A stretch of 64,000 bases of DNA, taken from positions 52,576,001 through 52,640,000 of the forward strand of contig OX597823.1 in the NCBI GenBank assembly GCA_951406725.2. The letters are read 5' to 3'. Source of the DNA: Octopus vulgaris (Eukaryota). Every line of letters begins with the position of its first letter. The first letter of the stretch is position 1. Under the pieces are notes generated by a model that saw only the letters and a program-made list of their open reading frames with translations, was not told the origin of the DNA and made no database searches. The position numbers and the translations under genes are program-made. Positions 39,211-53,331 of the stretch are shown in pieces.

Positions 39211-41555
39211 GCACAACTACTACCTCAAGGACATGTATTACATCAAAAATTCTACGTTGGGGATGCAAATCCTCTCATTCGCGTACGACATAATGCGGCA
39301 ACAGCATAAAAATGAAGCGTCCATCTCGTCCTTCTCTCAATGTAGAATGAGGAAGTTTGGATGTTGAGGTAATATAAATAAATGAATAAATAAATATATA
39401 CATATATAAATACAGACAGATGTGAAGGAACCTGGTAATAAGAGCAAATAGGGATAAAGATGGAGGGGCGGGAATTCAGGGCGAAGGATAAAAAAATATA
39501 TAAAAAAGTGAAAAATAAGAATGTAAGTATAGGAAAATATAAAAATGTAGTATAAAGATATAAAGAAATATAAAAAAATGTAAATGAATATAAAGGTATA
39601 AGGCTATAAAAAAATAAAATAAAAATTTAAAAATTTAAAAAAATTTTTAAATTAAAAATTAAAAAATTTAAAAAATATTTTAAAAATTATCAGAAATGTA
39701 AAAGAATATAAGAATAAGGGGTATAAAGTAGTTACGGACCAGCATGGTGGTCAGGAAAATGACAAGTTCTGGTTGTAGAAGCCTTGGGTGTCATAAATCA
39801 ACCGGGGCGTCTGGGGACCTAGTGTATTGTAAATTAGAGTTGTTTGGTTAAGCCGCTTATCTAGTTCTTCGTAACGTATCAAGTGGTCATCATGTACATA
39901 CGTACACGCATGGATACATACACCCATATACACGCGCACCTATACGCACGCATACTTAACCACACGCACACAAGCATACATACGTACTCTCGTGTAAACA
40001 TATACAGATATATATGGAAAAAGGCGCATGTAGTTGGGTACACGAACCGACGCGCATACGTACGTATATACATACACTCACATGCGTTCATATAGGCACA
40101 CTCGCACTTACACGCATGCACAAGACGGAGTGAATCTCTATGCGTGTGGGCAGAAATATGTATATACCTGCACTCACGTCTACACCCACGCACATGGGGG
40201 AGTAGATCCCTATGCCTATACACAAAAGTATGCATATGCACAGACACAGGTATAACAACAAGATCCGTTCTCGCACACGTGCAAGATACGGAGTCATAGT
40301 GGGTACAGAAGGTAGACATGAACGTAAGAAACTTGCGGGCAAAAGATTGTAACAGAATATGCATATATATACACGGACAATATACATATACATATATATA
40401 CACACACACATATGCATATATACATATACACATATACACATATATACATACACACACATACACACACCCATACCCGCACACGTGCATATATATATATGTA
40501 TGCGCATACGTACACACACACGTGTACATACATACACGCACGCATACATACACACGGACCCACGCACTCGTATCCACACGCACACACACACACACATCTG
40601 TGTGTCTACACGTGCGTGTACACATACACTTACATACCCATACACAGACACACACACATATAGGTATAGATATAAGATATTAAAAGATTATAAAAAAATG
40701 TATATAGGAAATCTACAAAAGCATGTAAAAAAAATTATTAAAAAAAGTACACCGGGGGGGGGTACACATAAACACAGATTTTTACTCATACATACGCATA
40801 CACATATATTTATATATATACGCATATATACATACATACATACACACATACACATACATATATAAATATACATGATGACCACTTGATACGTCACGAAGAA
40901 CTAGATAAGCGGCTTAACCAAACAACTCTAATTTACAATACACTAGGTCCCCAGACGCCCCGGTTGATTTATGACACCCAAGGCTTCTACAACCAGAATT
41001 TGTCATTTTCCTGAACAGCATGTTGGTCCGTAACTACTTTATATCCCTTATCCTTATATTCTTTTATATTTCTGATAATTTTTTTTATATTTTTTAAATT
41101 TTTAAATTTTAAATTTTTTTTTATTTTTTAATTTTTTTACTTTTATTTTATTTTTTTATAGCCTTATACCTTTTGTATTCATTTATATTTTTTTATATTT
41201 CTTTATATCTTTATACTACATTTTTATATTTTCCTATACTTACCTTCTTATTTTTCACTTTTTTATATATTTTTTTATCCTTCGCCCTGAATTCCCGCCC
41301 CTCCATCTTTATCCCTATTTGCTCTTATTACCGGGTTCCTTCACGTCTGTCTGTATTTATATATGTATATATTTATTTATTCATTTATTTATATTACCTC
41401 AACATCCAAACTTCCTCATTCTACATTGAGAGAAGGACGAGATGGACGCTTCATTTTTATGCTGTTGCCGCATTGTGTCATACGCGAATGAGAGGATTTG
41501 CATCCCCAACGTAGAATTTTTGATGTAATACATGTCCTTGAGGTAGTAGTTGTGC

Positions 41556-41633
41556 GCAGCTGAAGAAGGCCATAGACACACATTATGCATTGTTATAAAT
41601 CCGTCTAATAAAGGCCCGAAACATATGTACCGC
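41556..41633 (+). ncRNA. Hammerhead motif, right arm (stem I mismatch)
   Basis: gcag CTGAAGA aggcc..ggccc GAAA C ATAT G TA ccgc; palindromic stem III loop. Confidence 0.75.
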
Positions 41634-41663
41634 TGAATCCTTGGCATCATGTTTTTATTTTGA

Positions 41664-41769
<106 letters not shown>

Positions 41770-44421
41770 ACACACACATACACACACACACTTACAGACA
41801 TAAATGTTTCACAGTGCAATAATCCTTCATTGGAGGTCTAGAAACTCCTCGTTTTTCTATCTATAATGGGAGATTATTATTTAAATCAAACAAACTAAAA
41901 CAAATGTAATCGTGAAACTAAATTACAATCTGTAAGTACATGCATACAATATGGCATCAAAGATGGTTACACAGATTACAAGAGAGTTTGTTCATCTTTC
42001 ATATAATGAATACTATTCCCTAAAACAAGTTTTATGAAGGATGGGTTATCATCTGTGAATACAAGAATCACTTTTTTGGAGATGATCAAACCAGTAATTA
42101 AGCAGTGAAAGTCAGCTGAAACTCAACAAGTGAAATTACTATTAATAATCACCGTGGTTGAACAGAAGTTTGGATTTAGTTCTGCAGATCACAGTATTAC
42201 CAACTGAAATTTCAAGGGACATTTGGATTTGAACCCAGACTTCCACTAATTTTATAAAATGGCCATGGAAGATCCCTCGATTGGCTATATACAAATGATG
42301 AAGGGTGCCAGATTTAAAATACTTCGACTATTCTTATTCTAGTGCCAGACAGGTACGATACAAGCCACTTTCACTGAAAAAATTTGTTGTTAATCCTACC
42401 AACCATTATATGTGGCACCATCGTGGGTACTTTATACAAGGCATCAGCACAGGTACTTTTTGCATGGTACCAGCACAAGGGTAGAAATTTGGTATGAAGA
42501 GTTGATTGATTAAATTGAGTCTAGTACTTGGCTGGTACTTTACTTTATTTTATTGATCTTGCAATGATGAATAGCAGGATTGGAACTTAGTACATACTGA
42601 GCAAGAATTTTGCCTGATCCCTTGACGATTCAGCCAGTATATTGCCCCCTTGTTGAGAGGGGGTTGGATTAGTTGATTATTAATCCAGTACATGACAGGT
42701 AAGCCATCTTATTGACTTTGGATAAATGAAAGGCAAAATTAACCTTGGTGAGATTCGAACTCAAATCATGAAGAGCTGAAATAAATACCAGACAATTTGT
42801 CCAGTGCTCTGTGATCTTACCAATCTACCTCCCTTGTTGAAAAATAATAACATTTCAAAGTATTGTTTGAAGAATGAAAAGCTAGATAGATAGTTAGATA
42901 ATAGATAGATAGATACATAGATATGTAGATAAATAGATGGAGAGAGAGAGAGAGAGAAGAACTGAAGGTAATAGGATGAGAGAATGAAATGGTGATAAGA
43001 AAGATTTATAGTAAAAGAAATTGAAGAAGGTAATGAAAAAGAGTACGAAAGTGCAGCCTGGAGATAATGTTCAGGATAGGAAGTAAAAGAAAGATAAAGA
43101 TATAGAGAAAAGTGATGGAAAGAGATAAAGAGGATGACACTGTTAGTGGTAAAGAAAGAGAGAGAAAGAAAGGGAAAAATAACGAGTATGAGAGAGAGAA
43201 AAATAGAGAGAGGGGAGAGGAAGAAATTGAAAATGGAAGATGCAAAATGCTTTAAATTAACTGTCATGCATGCATTTCAAAATAATTAGGTTAAAACATT
43301 TGTGAAGTTGATATTAGGTTTTCTACGGGAACAATTGGAACCATCGTAGAGCAAAAGAAAACTACAATCACCAAAGTTATCGTGTTTGATTGAAAGACTA
43401 TTTAGCTGCTAAGGCAGTGAACCTCGATATTTTAAATGTAGCAAGTCAAGGCTTTTTAACTTGAATTCTTATCTTAAGTAATTTCAGCTAACAAAGGAGT
43501 CACTTAGATTTGAAATAGCTAGCTGAAAATTGTTATATTAAAAGAACTACAGAAGTGGACAGGTTTCTTTTGAAGAGCTTTAATTCTAGCCATAACTAGT
43601 GAATGTTTCATTTGAGATGCAGTAATTGTTGACTAACAATGCATATGCAACTTCATTTAAGCATGGAGAAATTTTCTTGACAGCTTCTGACTAGCGAGAG
43701 TGGTTTCTTTCGATGAAAGCTCTACCCTTGACATGAGAAAGCCATACTTATATCATGTGAATGGTCAGATTTCTGCATTTCTCAGAGGATTTTAGATTTT
43801 AGCATCTAGATGCCACAGCAGGTAAATATTCTTTAATGTGACTTATATTACAGTAGCCAGTGCCACTTAAGGGAGTTTAGAAAAGCAGTTATTAAACAAT
43901 AACATAGACTTGCTGTGTGTTTTATATATTTGCATAAGCAGAAAATGTATTCTTTGCATTTTAGACTTCAGATTGGCAACCAATTTAGAGGAATGTTGAA
44001 ATTGGCCTATTACTTCTTTATGTGGGCATATATATCATACACACACACACACATATCTATGTGTGTATATATATACATTATATATATATATATCTGTCTG
44101 TGTGCATGTATATATGTACATGTGTGTATGTGTGTATACATACATACATACATATATATATATGCATGCATGTATGAATATATAATATTATGCATAGGTG
44201 TGTTCTAAGTGTGTGCATATCTGTGTATGCATATAAATGTAAATTTGTTTATGTGAAGAAAACAAAGAAAACAACATTCAATATGCCAATATGCAAGGTA
44301 TAAATATTTGTAGGTGAACATCAGGACAAAGAGGGTTGTGTTACACATTTCTATGTGAAATTTCGAGTAATGGACGTTTAAGTTAATTTGGCTACATACA
44401 TGCATGTATATACATACATAC

Positions 44422-45467
44422 ATGATGATGGCCATCCCCTCATGACCGAGGAAGACCATTGCCGACCTTCAGGAACATTGTGCACTCTAGGACTAACTTA
44501 TATTTTGCATTTGCAGCTCCGTTGGTGGCTAATGAACACTGCTCTTGACAAGCATACACGACTGCAAACATTGCAGACCAAGCTTTCCCCATTCACTATA
44601 CGAGCTCGCTTAAGTTCTTCATGCTGGATACGTGCTCTCTCAAAAGTGTTGATCCCCTCCTTAACCTGCTTCCTCCATCTGTGGCGATGACAGGCATTGT
44701 TCTCCCAGTCAGTGTCCTGCATATCACAGGCCTTTAATGAGGACTTGATACAGTCCTTAAATCGCAGCCTTGGTTTCTGCCGGAGACACTTTGTATCTAT
44801 AATTAAATCATTTCATGATGGGATGGAGGCTTGGGTCAATGCTGGTGGTGCCATGGCGGGACCCATTCCTGTAGAGAGTGGTGTCAAGCAGGGTGACATC
44901 CTTGCCCCAACTCTCTTTTCTTGGTACTTTGCTGCTACTTTTGCTCATGCTTTTGCTAAGGTTAGCTCTCTGGAAATATATGTCAGATATCGATCTTCTG
45001 GCCGCCTCTTTAATCTTCACCAATTTGCTGCCAATTCAAAGGTTTCCCAGTCTATTATTCGTGACCTCCTTTATGACGATGACTGTAACTTAGTCACTCA
45101 TACGGTGGATGACGTGCAAATACTCATGAATTGCATTTCTGCTTCTTGCAGGGCATTTGGACTCAGCATTAGCCTGGACAAGACTGTTGTAATGTTCCAG
45201 CCTGCACCAGGAAATCCATATATAGAACCAGCTATCTTGGTTGAAGGAACAATTCTGAAGGTAGTAGATAAGTTTGTCTACCTGGGCAGCACACTCAGCC
45301 ATTCTTGCTCCCTGGATGAGGAAATATCTTTCAGGTTGCAGAGAGCAACTAATTCATTCTGGTCTCTTCAGTATTATGTCTGGTCCCAACATGGCATCAC
45401 AAGGAGAACAAAAGTTGCTGTGTACCGTGCTTGTGTACTGACATCGCTTCTCTACTTATGTGAGACA
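44422..45467. mobile_element. RTE-clade LINE fragment with 5' inversion
   Basis: 44422-~44783 minus: RFKDCIK..WRKQVKEG..CNVCSRVCLSRAVFISHQRSC, 3' UTR and (CAT)n; ~44785-45467 plus: GVKQGDILAPTLF, LLYDDD, FVYLGS, LLYLCET. Confidence 0.9.
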
Positions 45468-45510
45468 TACATACATACATACATACATACATGCATACAT
45501 ACATACATGC

Positions 45511-45547
<37 letters not shown>

Positions 45548-45550
<3 letters not shown>

Positions 45551-46121
45551 CTATACAATATGTTACATTACTCGGTAGTCAAGATAAAACTCTGAGTTTC
45601 AGATGCCGAAGTGGAAATCCACAACACCATCTCTTCGGTTATCTGGCTATTTGAAAACGTTATGAAAAAATACCGTTAAAAATGAAGGGAAATTACTCTG
45701 TTATAACTCTGCTTTGCCTGCGTACTTATACATCGCTCGCATTTTTCGTCATAAAAATTATATAAAAATACATACATAAAAAATATATAAAAATATATTT
45801 TTATATATTTTTATATATTTTTATATATTTTTTATGTATTTTTATATAATTTTTATGACGAAAAATGCGAGCGATGTATAAGTACGCAGGCAAAGCAGAG
45901 TTATAACAGAGTAATTTCCCTTCATTTTTAACGGTATTTTTTCATAACGTTTTCAAATAGCCAGATAACCGAAGAGATGGTGTTGTGGATTTCCACTTCG
46001 GCATCTGAAACTCAGAGTTTTATCTTGACTACCGAGTAATGTAACATATTGTATAGATAAATTTCCTCTATTTACATAATATTGAGGTCTCTTTCTTTCT
46101 TTTGTTATCTTACCGTTTTAT

Positions 46122-46123
<2 letters not shown>
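45548..46123. mobile_element. Spacerless foldback insertion with a hammerhead-like motif in both arms
   Basis: 45548-46059 palindrome with apparently identical arms, centre about 45796; right arm extends to 46123; (TA)n flanks. Confidence 0.9.
45963..46025 (+). ncRNA. Variant hammerhead (mirror copy at 45582-45644 minus)
   Basis: Stem I agataa/ttatct, core CCGAAGA (U4C), stem II gatg..catc plus extra U, GAAA, stem III actc-a-gagt, cleavage GUU. Confidence 0.6.
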
Positions 46124-46157
<34 letters not shown>

Positions 46158-46161
<4 letters not shown>

Positions 46162-46355
46162 CGGCACTAGTCGCCATGATAGATCATTAGCCACTACACG
46201 CATTTTTTTTCTCTCCTTGTTTTTTCTGTGTCCCTTTCTGTAGAAGAGCGTAGGCTCGAAACGTGAAAGACTTTTTCTATTCTTGAGCGTTATACTAATA
46301 CATCTGTTTGTTTTGTACACCACCTGTCTTCATCTTTTGCTTTTTCGTAAATTCT

Positions 46356-46358
<3 letters not shown>
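46158..46358 (+). mobile_element. Short (TA)n-flanked element with a minimal hammerhead relic at 46234-46269
   Basis: cttt CTGTAGA a gagc gtag gctc GAAACGTG aaag; related decayed copy at about 7920-8100. Confidence 0.65.
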
Positions 46359-46395
<37 letters not shown>

Positions 46396-46984
46396 TCATC
46401 ATCATTTAGCGTCCATATATATATATATATATATATTATATGTATATATATATGTACATATATATATACATACATTTATGTGTGTGTATATATATATAGA
46501 TAGATAGATAGATAGATAGATAAAACTTACTTGGAAAAGGATGCATGGCGTTTGATCATATAATAATATAAATAATATATAAATATATGCATATATACAT
46601 ACATATATGTACATACCTACATATATATGTATATATACATGCATATATGGGTACAGGATATCAAAAAAATGTGGAACACAATGAGAAATGAAAGCATAAA
46701 AACAAAAACATAAAAACGAACCTTTTTTCAAACAACGAAAAAAACGAAAAAAAAAAACAGAGTACAAGACATACAACACAAGGAATATTCCCCTTCTTCA
46801 GTTGTCCCTGTTTCATCTTCTCCGCATTTCAAAGGTAAGGACAAGACGTGACTTCATTGGAACAGTTCTTCCTGCAAAGCAAATTAAATATAATTTGGGA
46901 TTAATTGCGGAGGGTGAAAGTGGTAACAAGAACAGGACAGTAAGAACAAAACAGTAAAAACAAAGCAGTTTTTAATACAATTTA

Positions 46985-49337
46985 ATATTTTTGCACTTGG
47001 TATCTATTTTCAGGGACTCTATATGTTTTCTTTTCCTCTCACTTGTACATTTGGGTTCAATCACCTGCAGTGGTATTGGTACTTAGAACATAGTGTACAA
47101 CCATTCCATCGGTTCCTCCAACTTCTTTGGTTCACTTTCCATTAATCTCTTTGCAGTTGGCTCTAGTGTCTCTTTTGTATACCTTTTCTACTTTTTACCT
47201 ATGCATTTGGTAATTACACCAACTCCCCAGCTCAGCTTTCCATTCTTGTATGCCCTCATATATACCTTTTCACCAACTTTAAAGAATATTGCTATGTCTT
47301 CCCCAACACTTTTTCTCTTCTTGCCTGATAGCAATTTATCAAAGACTGATTTTACTTTCTGCACAAGCATCAGCTCCACAGGTGATTGACCTAATGATGT
47401 ATTCAGATTTGGTGTCACATAGTACACTCTTAAGAATTGTTGTAGAGCTACCTCATCTGTGACTTCCTTATTCAACTTCCTAAGGGCTCTTTTGAAGGTA
47501 TCAACAAAACGTTCTGCCTGCCCATTAAATCTGGAATGGTATGGTGCTATAGTAATATGTTCTACGATGAACATTTCACAACATTTTTAAAATTCGTCTG
47601 ACACAAATTGCATTCCATTGTTAGACACTATCATGTTTGAGATGACATATCTTGCCAACAATCCATGTAAAATATTTATTATAGATGTGGAGGTTAGTTT
47701 TTTGACTCACAAATTTCTTGCCATTTCAAGAAACTATCAACTACCACTAGGTAGTAATAACCATTTAAACAACCAGCAACATCAATGTGTATTCTTTACC
47801 ACAGGACATCTATCTTTGAACAATGCTTACTTTTTCTGTGGGTAACTTTTCATTTCACTTTGGCTTACATACAACTTTTTGTTTCAGTCCTTCAGCCACA
47901 TTTGAACCTATGACTGAACCAACTATATTTCCACACAAAGCACTTATGGGCATATTCCATTCTTTGAATAGTTCCAACCAATCTGCGCTGAATAAATTAA
48001 GTGAACTTTTTAACACATAAGAGATAGATATTTCAGTTACCTTCACAAATTTCCTTATTGTTATGTCATCAATTTCTTCCACTGACCTACTATTTATTCA
48101 TTATCTTTTGTTCTGACATTCTGTCACCTTCGTCCTTTACATGTCCTATATTTCCACAATGAAAGCACTCCACTTTTTGAACAATTTTTCCTCAGGTGTA
48201 TACTTCCACATACAAAACATGGGTTTATTTCTTGATTTTTTATAGTGTTTTTTAGAAAACATTTTATCTCTATTCTGAATATTTCGTACTTGTTTTACTT
48301 GGAAACCCTCTCTCCATTTGATTTCCTCTGTGTCATGTCTTAATTTTACTATCCTTTCACATTCTTCTGACACTTGCTGTTTGGTTACATCCTGGCTTTG
48401 TTCCAACTTTGTGAGAATTCTCATTCTAACTTCTGTGTCCTTTTCGGCAGTTAGTCCCAGTGTAAAAATCAGGCATTTGAACATATCTGGCATTAATCCG
48501 ACCAGCTTGAACTTCTCGCATTCCTTGTTTGCTCTACCAGCATATGTGATGTAGTCCTTGTCACTGTTTTTCTCTATGTTCAGACATTTACAACGGGTGT
48601 TGAACAATGAGCTTTTTCCACTAAAAATTCTACATAATATATCTATCGTGTCATTAAAGTTTATGTCAGAAGGTTTTCTTGGGAGTACATAATTCCTGTT
48701 AAGCTCATGTTCTGTGGCTGCTAGTATTTTTTTAAGATTAAGCGTGTTTTCATCTCATCGTCCCAATCTTTACATTCTTTATAGAAGGTTTACTCATATC
48801 TTCTGTAGGATGCCTCAAAGGTAACTCCTTCATCTGGTTCGCATTTGAACTCTGCTATCGAGTTCACAACATAGTCTGTCAAGAACGTTTTTTCTGAATT
48901 TTTTGATGACTTCATTAATTGCAGAATTTGTTATTGTAAAATTAATTGTTGTTGTTCTTACAGTTGAATCTACTGTTTTTGTTGTTGTTTTTGCAACTTG
49001 AGCAAACCGGCCAAAAAATTTTCCATAATTTTTATGATTTTTCCTTTCACAAAATTCACACAACAAAAACTTTGTGAGTTTGTTAACTCATCGTGAATTG
49101 TTAATTCCTCATGAGATGTTAAATCCTTGTCCCCACCATTATAATCCTTAAAATGTTGGATTGTTATAACATCCACTTAGGTATACTGTAAACTTAGTAA
49201 AACCAGTAAAGACATGACTATCTCTGACTGCCAACTACATACTCTGGTACTTCATGTACTTCTCTTTACTTATAGTGACTAGGTTATTCCATTCATCACA
49301 TGAGAGGGGTGAATCATTATTACTAATTCCCTACAAC
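46985..49337 (-). mobile_element. Decayed Gypsy (Mag-like) LTR retrotransposon
   Basis: gag-like FNTRCKCLNIEK..YITYAGRANKECEKF; integrase APYHSRFNGQAERFVDTFKRALRK; most of pol deleted. Confidence 0.85.
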
Positions 49338-49742
49338 GGGAAGGGCATTTAGGCATAGAAACCAAGCTAAAACAGATGCCTGAAGCCTGGTGCAACTCTC
49401 CAGCTTGTTAGCAGTTGAACAAGATTTGTGCGGGAGCTCATGCCCTTGGTACTCAAGGTTATCTCAGATCTGTTTGGTTCCTTGATTATTCCTAGTTAGA
49501 GACTGCACCAACCATGTATTTATAAATTTTGTATTCTATATATACTTTTCATTTAATTTCTCAACCACCCACCTTTTACCTCACACAATTTTATGTTCAC
49601 ACCCACTCAACTTGAAACCTGTCTTTGTAATATCCCCACTCATTTGATGTCTCCATGATAAATAAAAGAAAGCATCATTATCATATTCATCATCACCACC
49701 ACCACCATTACTATTATTATTATTATTATTATTATTTTATTA

Positions 49743-49776
<34 letters not shown>

Positions 49777-49819
49777 CATTATTATTATTACTATTACTAT
49801 TATTATTAACATTATGCAA

Positions 49820-50500
49820 AAGCTATTACATGTTAATTGAATTACTAAGGATTCTGTCCTGAGGTGTCTGATGACAACAATTCTCCTCAAATCTCAAGAA
49901 CGTTTCTTAGGATTTTTGTAGAATACAAGATGTCACTTTTCTGTAGATCAACAATGAGTTTCTCAGTTCTAATATCCTTCAGCTTCTTAGGTTGCTGTCA
50001 GGATGTTGTACAGGGTGCACCAATTATCACAGGAACAATTTTCACCCTCATGTTCAACAATTTCTTTATTTCTCTGATTAGTCCTTAATAGTTCTCTCTT
50101 TTTCTCAGTTTCCCTCATATCCATTCCACTATCTCATGGTATTGTGAAGTCTGTGATCTTACTCTTTTTTTATATTTCTCTCCTCTACAATCATATCTGG
50201 TCTCCTTGATTCAATAGTAAAGTCAGTCTCTATTGAGAAATCCCAAAATATGCTATAATTATCATTAACTATCACAACTTGTGGCTCATGTCCATATCAC
50301 TTTTCCATCACTTCAAAATCTCAAACAAATATTTTCCTTCAATGTCCATCTACATCAAGATTATTTTTCTTTTTCTTTTACTCCTATTTTTCGCCCACAA
50401 CTTATTCTTATCTTCTGCTTAACTTTGCTTTTCAATGTTCAATGGCATGATATCCAAGGAAGGAAATGATATCTAAAAAAGTTATCTGTTTAAATTTATT
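49820..50500 (-). mobile_element. R4/Dong-like RLE fragment next to (ATT)n
   Basis: FWDFSIETD..IESRRPDM, VKIVPVIIGA; (ATT)n at 49710-49810. Confidence 0.75.
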
Positions 50501-50539
50501 ATCCCATGTTTCCCTGTCTACATTAAGATTATTTTCTCA

Positions 50540-51500
50540 CACGGAGAGCCATGTTTATTATACATGGATGACATCACTGTCATGGTGTCTGACATTATTC
50601 TGAGAGAATACTAGGTATATACAGGTGTTCATATAAACCAGGACAAATCAGTAGATCTGTAGCTAGGTTCCCATGTTGAACAGCGGTGGTTTCTGTCACT
50701 GGACAGACTGAGGATCCAGTGAAAATCCGTGGGGCCATGTTTGGGCCAGAGATTCAGGTAGCTAGGAACTGGAAAGAGGTCATAAGCAAGGTGACTGATC
50801 TCACACAGAAATAGGCTGAGAGGAAGCTGTTTCTGAAAGGCTAAGCTGAAGTAGCAAATGCACACATCACCTTTATGGTGTACTACTGCTTGGCCATAGT
50901 ACCTTCTCTCGAGGAAATTCTGACCTGTTTTGTAGCACTTATTCTGATTCTTACAAAAGGGTCAGCTTCTATTAGTCAGGAAATCCTTCTTCTGTCAACA
51001 TCCACTCCCTGAGGGTCTCGAGATGCCATCCTTGATGATGTGCTGACACATCCACAGAAACATCTAGATAACTGCGATGGTGTCAACAATGATGATGAAA
51101 ATGAGAGTGAACTGGTATGATGTTGGTCATGTAACACATCACTCTGCTGATCATCTTCTTGACTAACCTGCAGTCATGGATCAGCCATAGACCAAGATTG
51201 GACGTTTGACATATAGAATATTGCCAGGTGCTCTCAAATTTGAACCAGCCTGATAAGACCATTTGTGGGAAAACAACTCAAGATTTCTATGGGAGCTAGT
51301 TGAGAGTATGAGCGATGATGGGCTGGAATCAACCCAGGGCATAAATAAGAACAGTGTAAGTGGCCTCTTCAGGAGGACTTTTAGGTTGGAAACTATGGAT
51401 AGACTTTAGAATAGCAGTGCTACAGGGATCCATTACCTGTTAAAGCAAGCTCTTCAGGCATGAAAACACCAACAGGTGAACCTGTCCAAATTGATAGACT
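50540..51500 (+). mobile_element. Decayed Tx1-like ORF2 fragment
   Basis: YMDDITVMVSD, INQDKSVDL, later RT-thumb-like pieces with many stops. Confidence 0.6.
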
Positions 51501-51739
51501 CTACTGATTTTCTATAGGGAAGTTATGGTTTCTGAAGTCATCTCAAGGTTTTGTAAGAAAAACCAGATAGCTAGAAATGTATTCATCAGGCTACAGAGGC
51601 CACCTGAGATGACTGTTCGTGCTTTGCCTAACACGAGAATTTTCTCCACATCAAACCTCAGCAAAAATAGCCTTTTTTACAGGTTAAATATGTCAAACAT
51701 ATTTGAACTGTTCTAAAAGTTTATTTAATATATATATAT

Positions 51740-51810
<71 letters not shown>

Positions 51811-52167
51811 CATATAGGAGAACAAAGTGTATGTACACCGCTATATTTATGTATATAAAATACAAAATTGGACAAGATGCAAAACATCCGGACAACTAGG
51901 TGATACAAAAAGGGACAACAAAACATCCAGATAGACAATACAAAAAAACAAGGACGGGTCATTCGAAGCTTTTTATCCACAGTCAAGAACCGGATCATCC
52001 TCGCAATTTTGGCTGATTAATCTTGAGATTGCTCTAATCTGACCAGCCCCAAGGAAAAACTAAGCTAAGAGCATTAGATTCCTTGGAAAAAAGCATCAAA
52101 TGTATACGAAAATAGGGACGGAAAAACAGATGATGTTACATGAATATACATACAAAAATACAATAAA

Positions 52168-52201
<34 letters not shown>

Positions 52202-52251
52202 GGACATAACAAGGACATATATATGTATATATATGTATATATATATATATA

Positions 52252-53331
52252 GGTTATAATAGGAATATTAAATTTTATAATATTAGTGATAAAGATTTAA
52301 ATGATAATTTTCGAGATACTTCTAATAATAATTATAATTTTGTTAGGTTTAGTGGTAAAAATAATAGATATTATAAAAATAATAATAAAAATGATAAAAA
52401 TATAAATAAGAATAAAAATAATAATAATAATAATACAAATAAGAATAATAAAAATAAAAATAAATTTAATAATAATTATAATAATTATATTGATAAAATT
52501 AATAATATTAATAATTCCTTAAATGCTGTACATAGATATAATTCTGATAATAATTTTAATAAAATAAAGAATTATAAATATATTTATAATAATGACAATA
52601 ATAATAAGGTTAATAAGAATAAAATTTGGTTAATAGTTCCTTATGGAGATCAAGTAAAAACGAATATTATTAAAGAGATTTTAGATGTTATAGAACTATT
52701 TATTAGAGATAATCGTAAATATAGAAACATTTTCTCTAGTAATAATTTTGGAGTAGGTTATTCTACCACTAATAATGTAGGTAACATTATTTCTTCATTT
52801 AATAAATTTAAACTGAATAATTTTTATAAAAAGAAATTATTTGATAATAATATTAATAATGATATGACTTATATTAATTGTACATGTAGAGATAAATCTA
52901 ATTGTATATTAAATAATAATTGTGATATTAACGATGTAGTGTATAAATGTATAGTTACATTACATGATAATAACTTTAAGAATAATAATTACCCCAAAGC
53001 GGTTTATATAGGGTCTACTTCCTCAAAAATAAAATTAAGAATCGCACAACATATGAATTCTTTTAAAAATAAAAACTTAATCAACTCAACTGGACTTAGT
53101 AAGTACATTTGGAGTCTTAAATCACTAAATATTAATTATAGTTTAATTTGGGAAATAATTTGTAAAACTAAATCATATACTATAGGAGCTAATTGTTGTT
53201 ATTTATGCTCTAATGAGTTTAAAGAAATTTTATTTTATAAGTATGATAATTTACTTAATACAGGTGAAGAGCGCAAAATAAAATGCAGATATAGGTTACT
53301 TTACCTATATAATAAGTTTCATGATAAATAA
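52252..53331 (+). CDS. PLE ORF C-terminus: Asn-rich insert, RT thumb, Cys linker, GIY-YIG endonuclease
   Basis: 359 stop-free codons: GYNRNIKFY..(N/K-rich)..IWLIVPYGDQVKTNI..GYST.NN..CTCRDKSNC..VVYKC..VYIGSTS..R..H..STGLSKYIW..CYLC. Confidence 0.9.
   Translation, partial: GYNRNIKFYNISDKDLNDNFRDTSNNNYNFVRFSGKNNRYYKNNNKNDKNINKNKNNNNNNTNKNNKNKNKFNNNYNNYIDKINNINNSLNAVHRYNSDNNFNKIKNYKYIYNNDNNNKVNKNKIWLIVPYGDQVKTNIIKEILDVIELFIRDNRKYRNIFSSNNFGVGYSTTNNVGNIISSFNKFKLNNFYKKKLFDNNINNDMTYINCTCRDKSNCILNNNCDINDVVYKCIVTLHDNNFKNNNYPKAVYIGSTSSKIKLRIAQHMNSFKNKNLINSTGLSKYIWSLKSLNINYSLIWEIICKTKSYTIGANCCYLCSNEFKEILFYKYDNLLNTGEERKIKCRYRLLYLYNKFHDK

Noticed and set aside
39751-39890. KRLNQTTLIYNTLGPQTPR as a GIY-YIG C-terminus in the foldback arms
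   Set aside because: Resemblance too weak to call without a profile search
46780-46840. Minus-strand CTGAAGA and GAAA in element 46640-46960
   Set aside because: Order and stems do not give a consistent hammerhead topology
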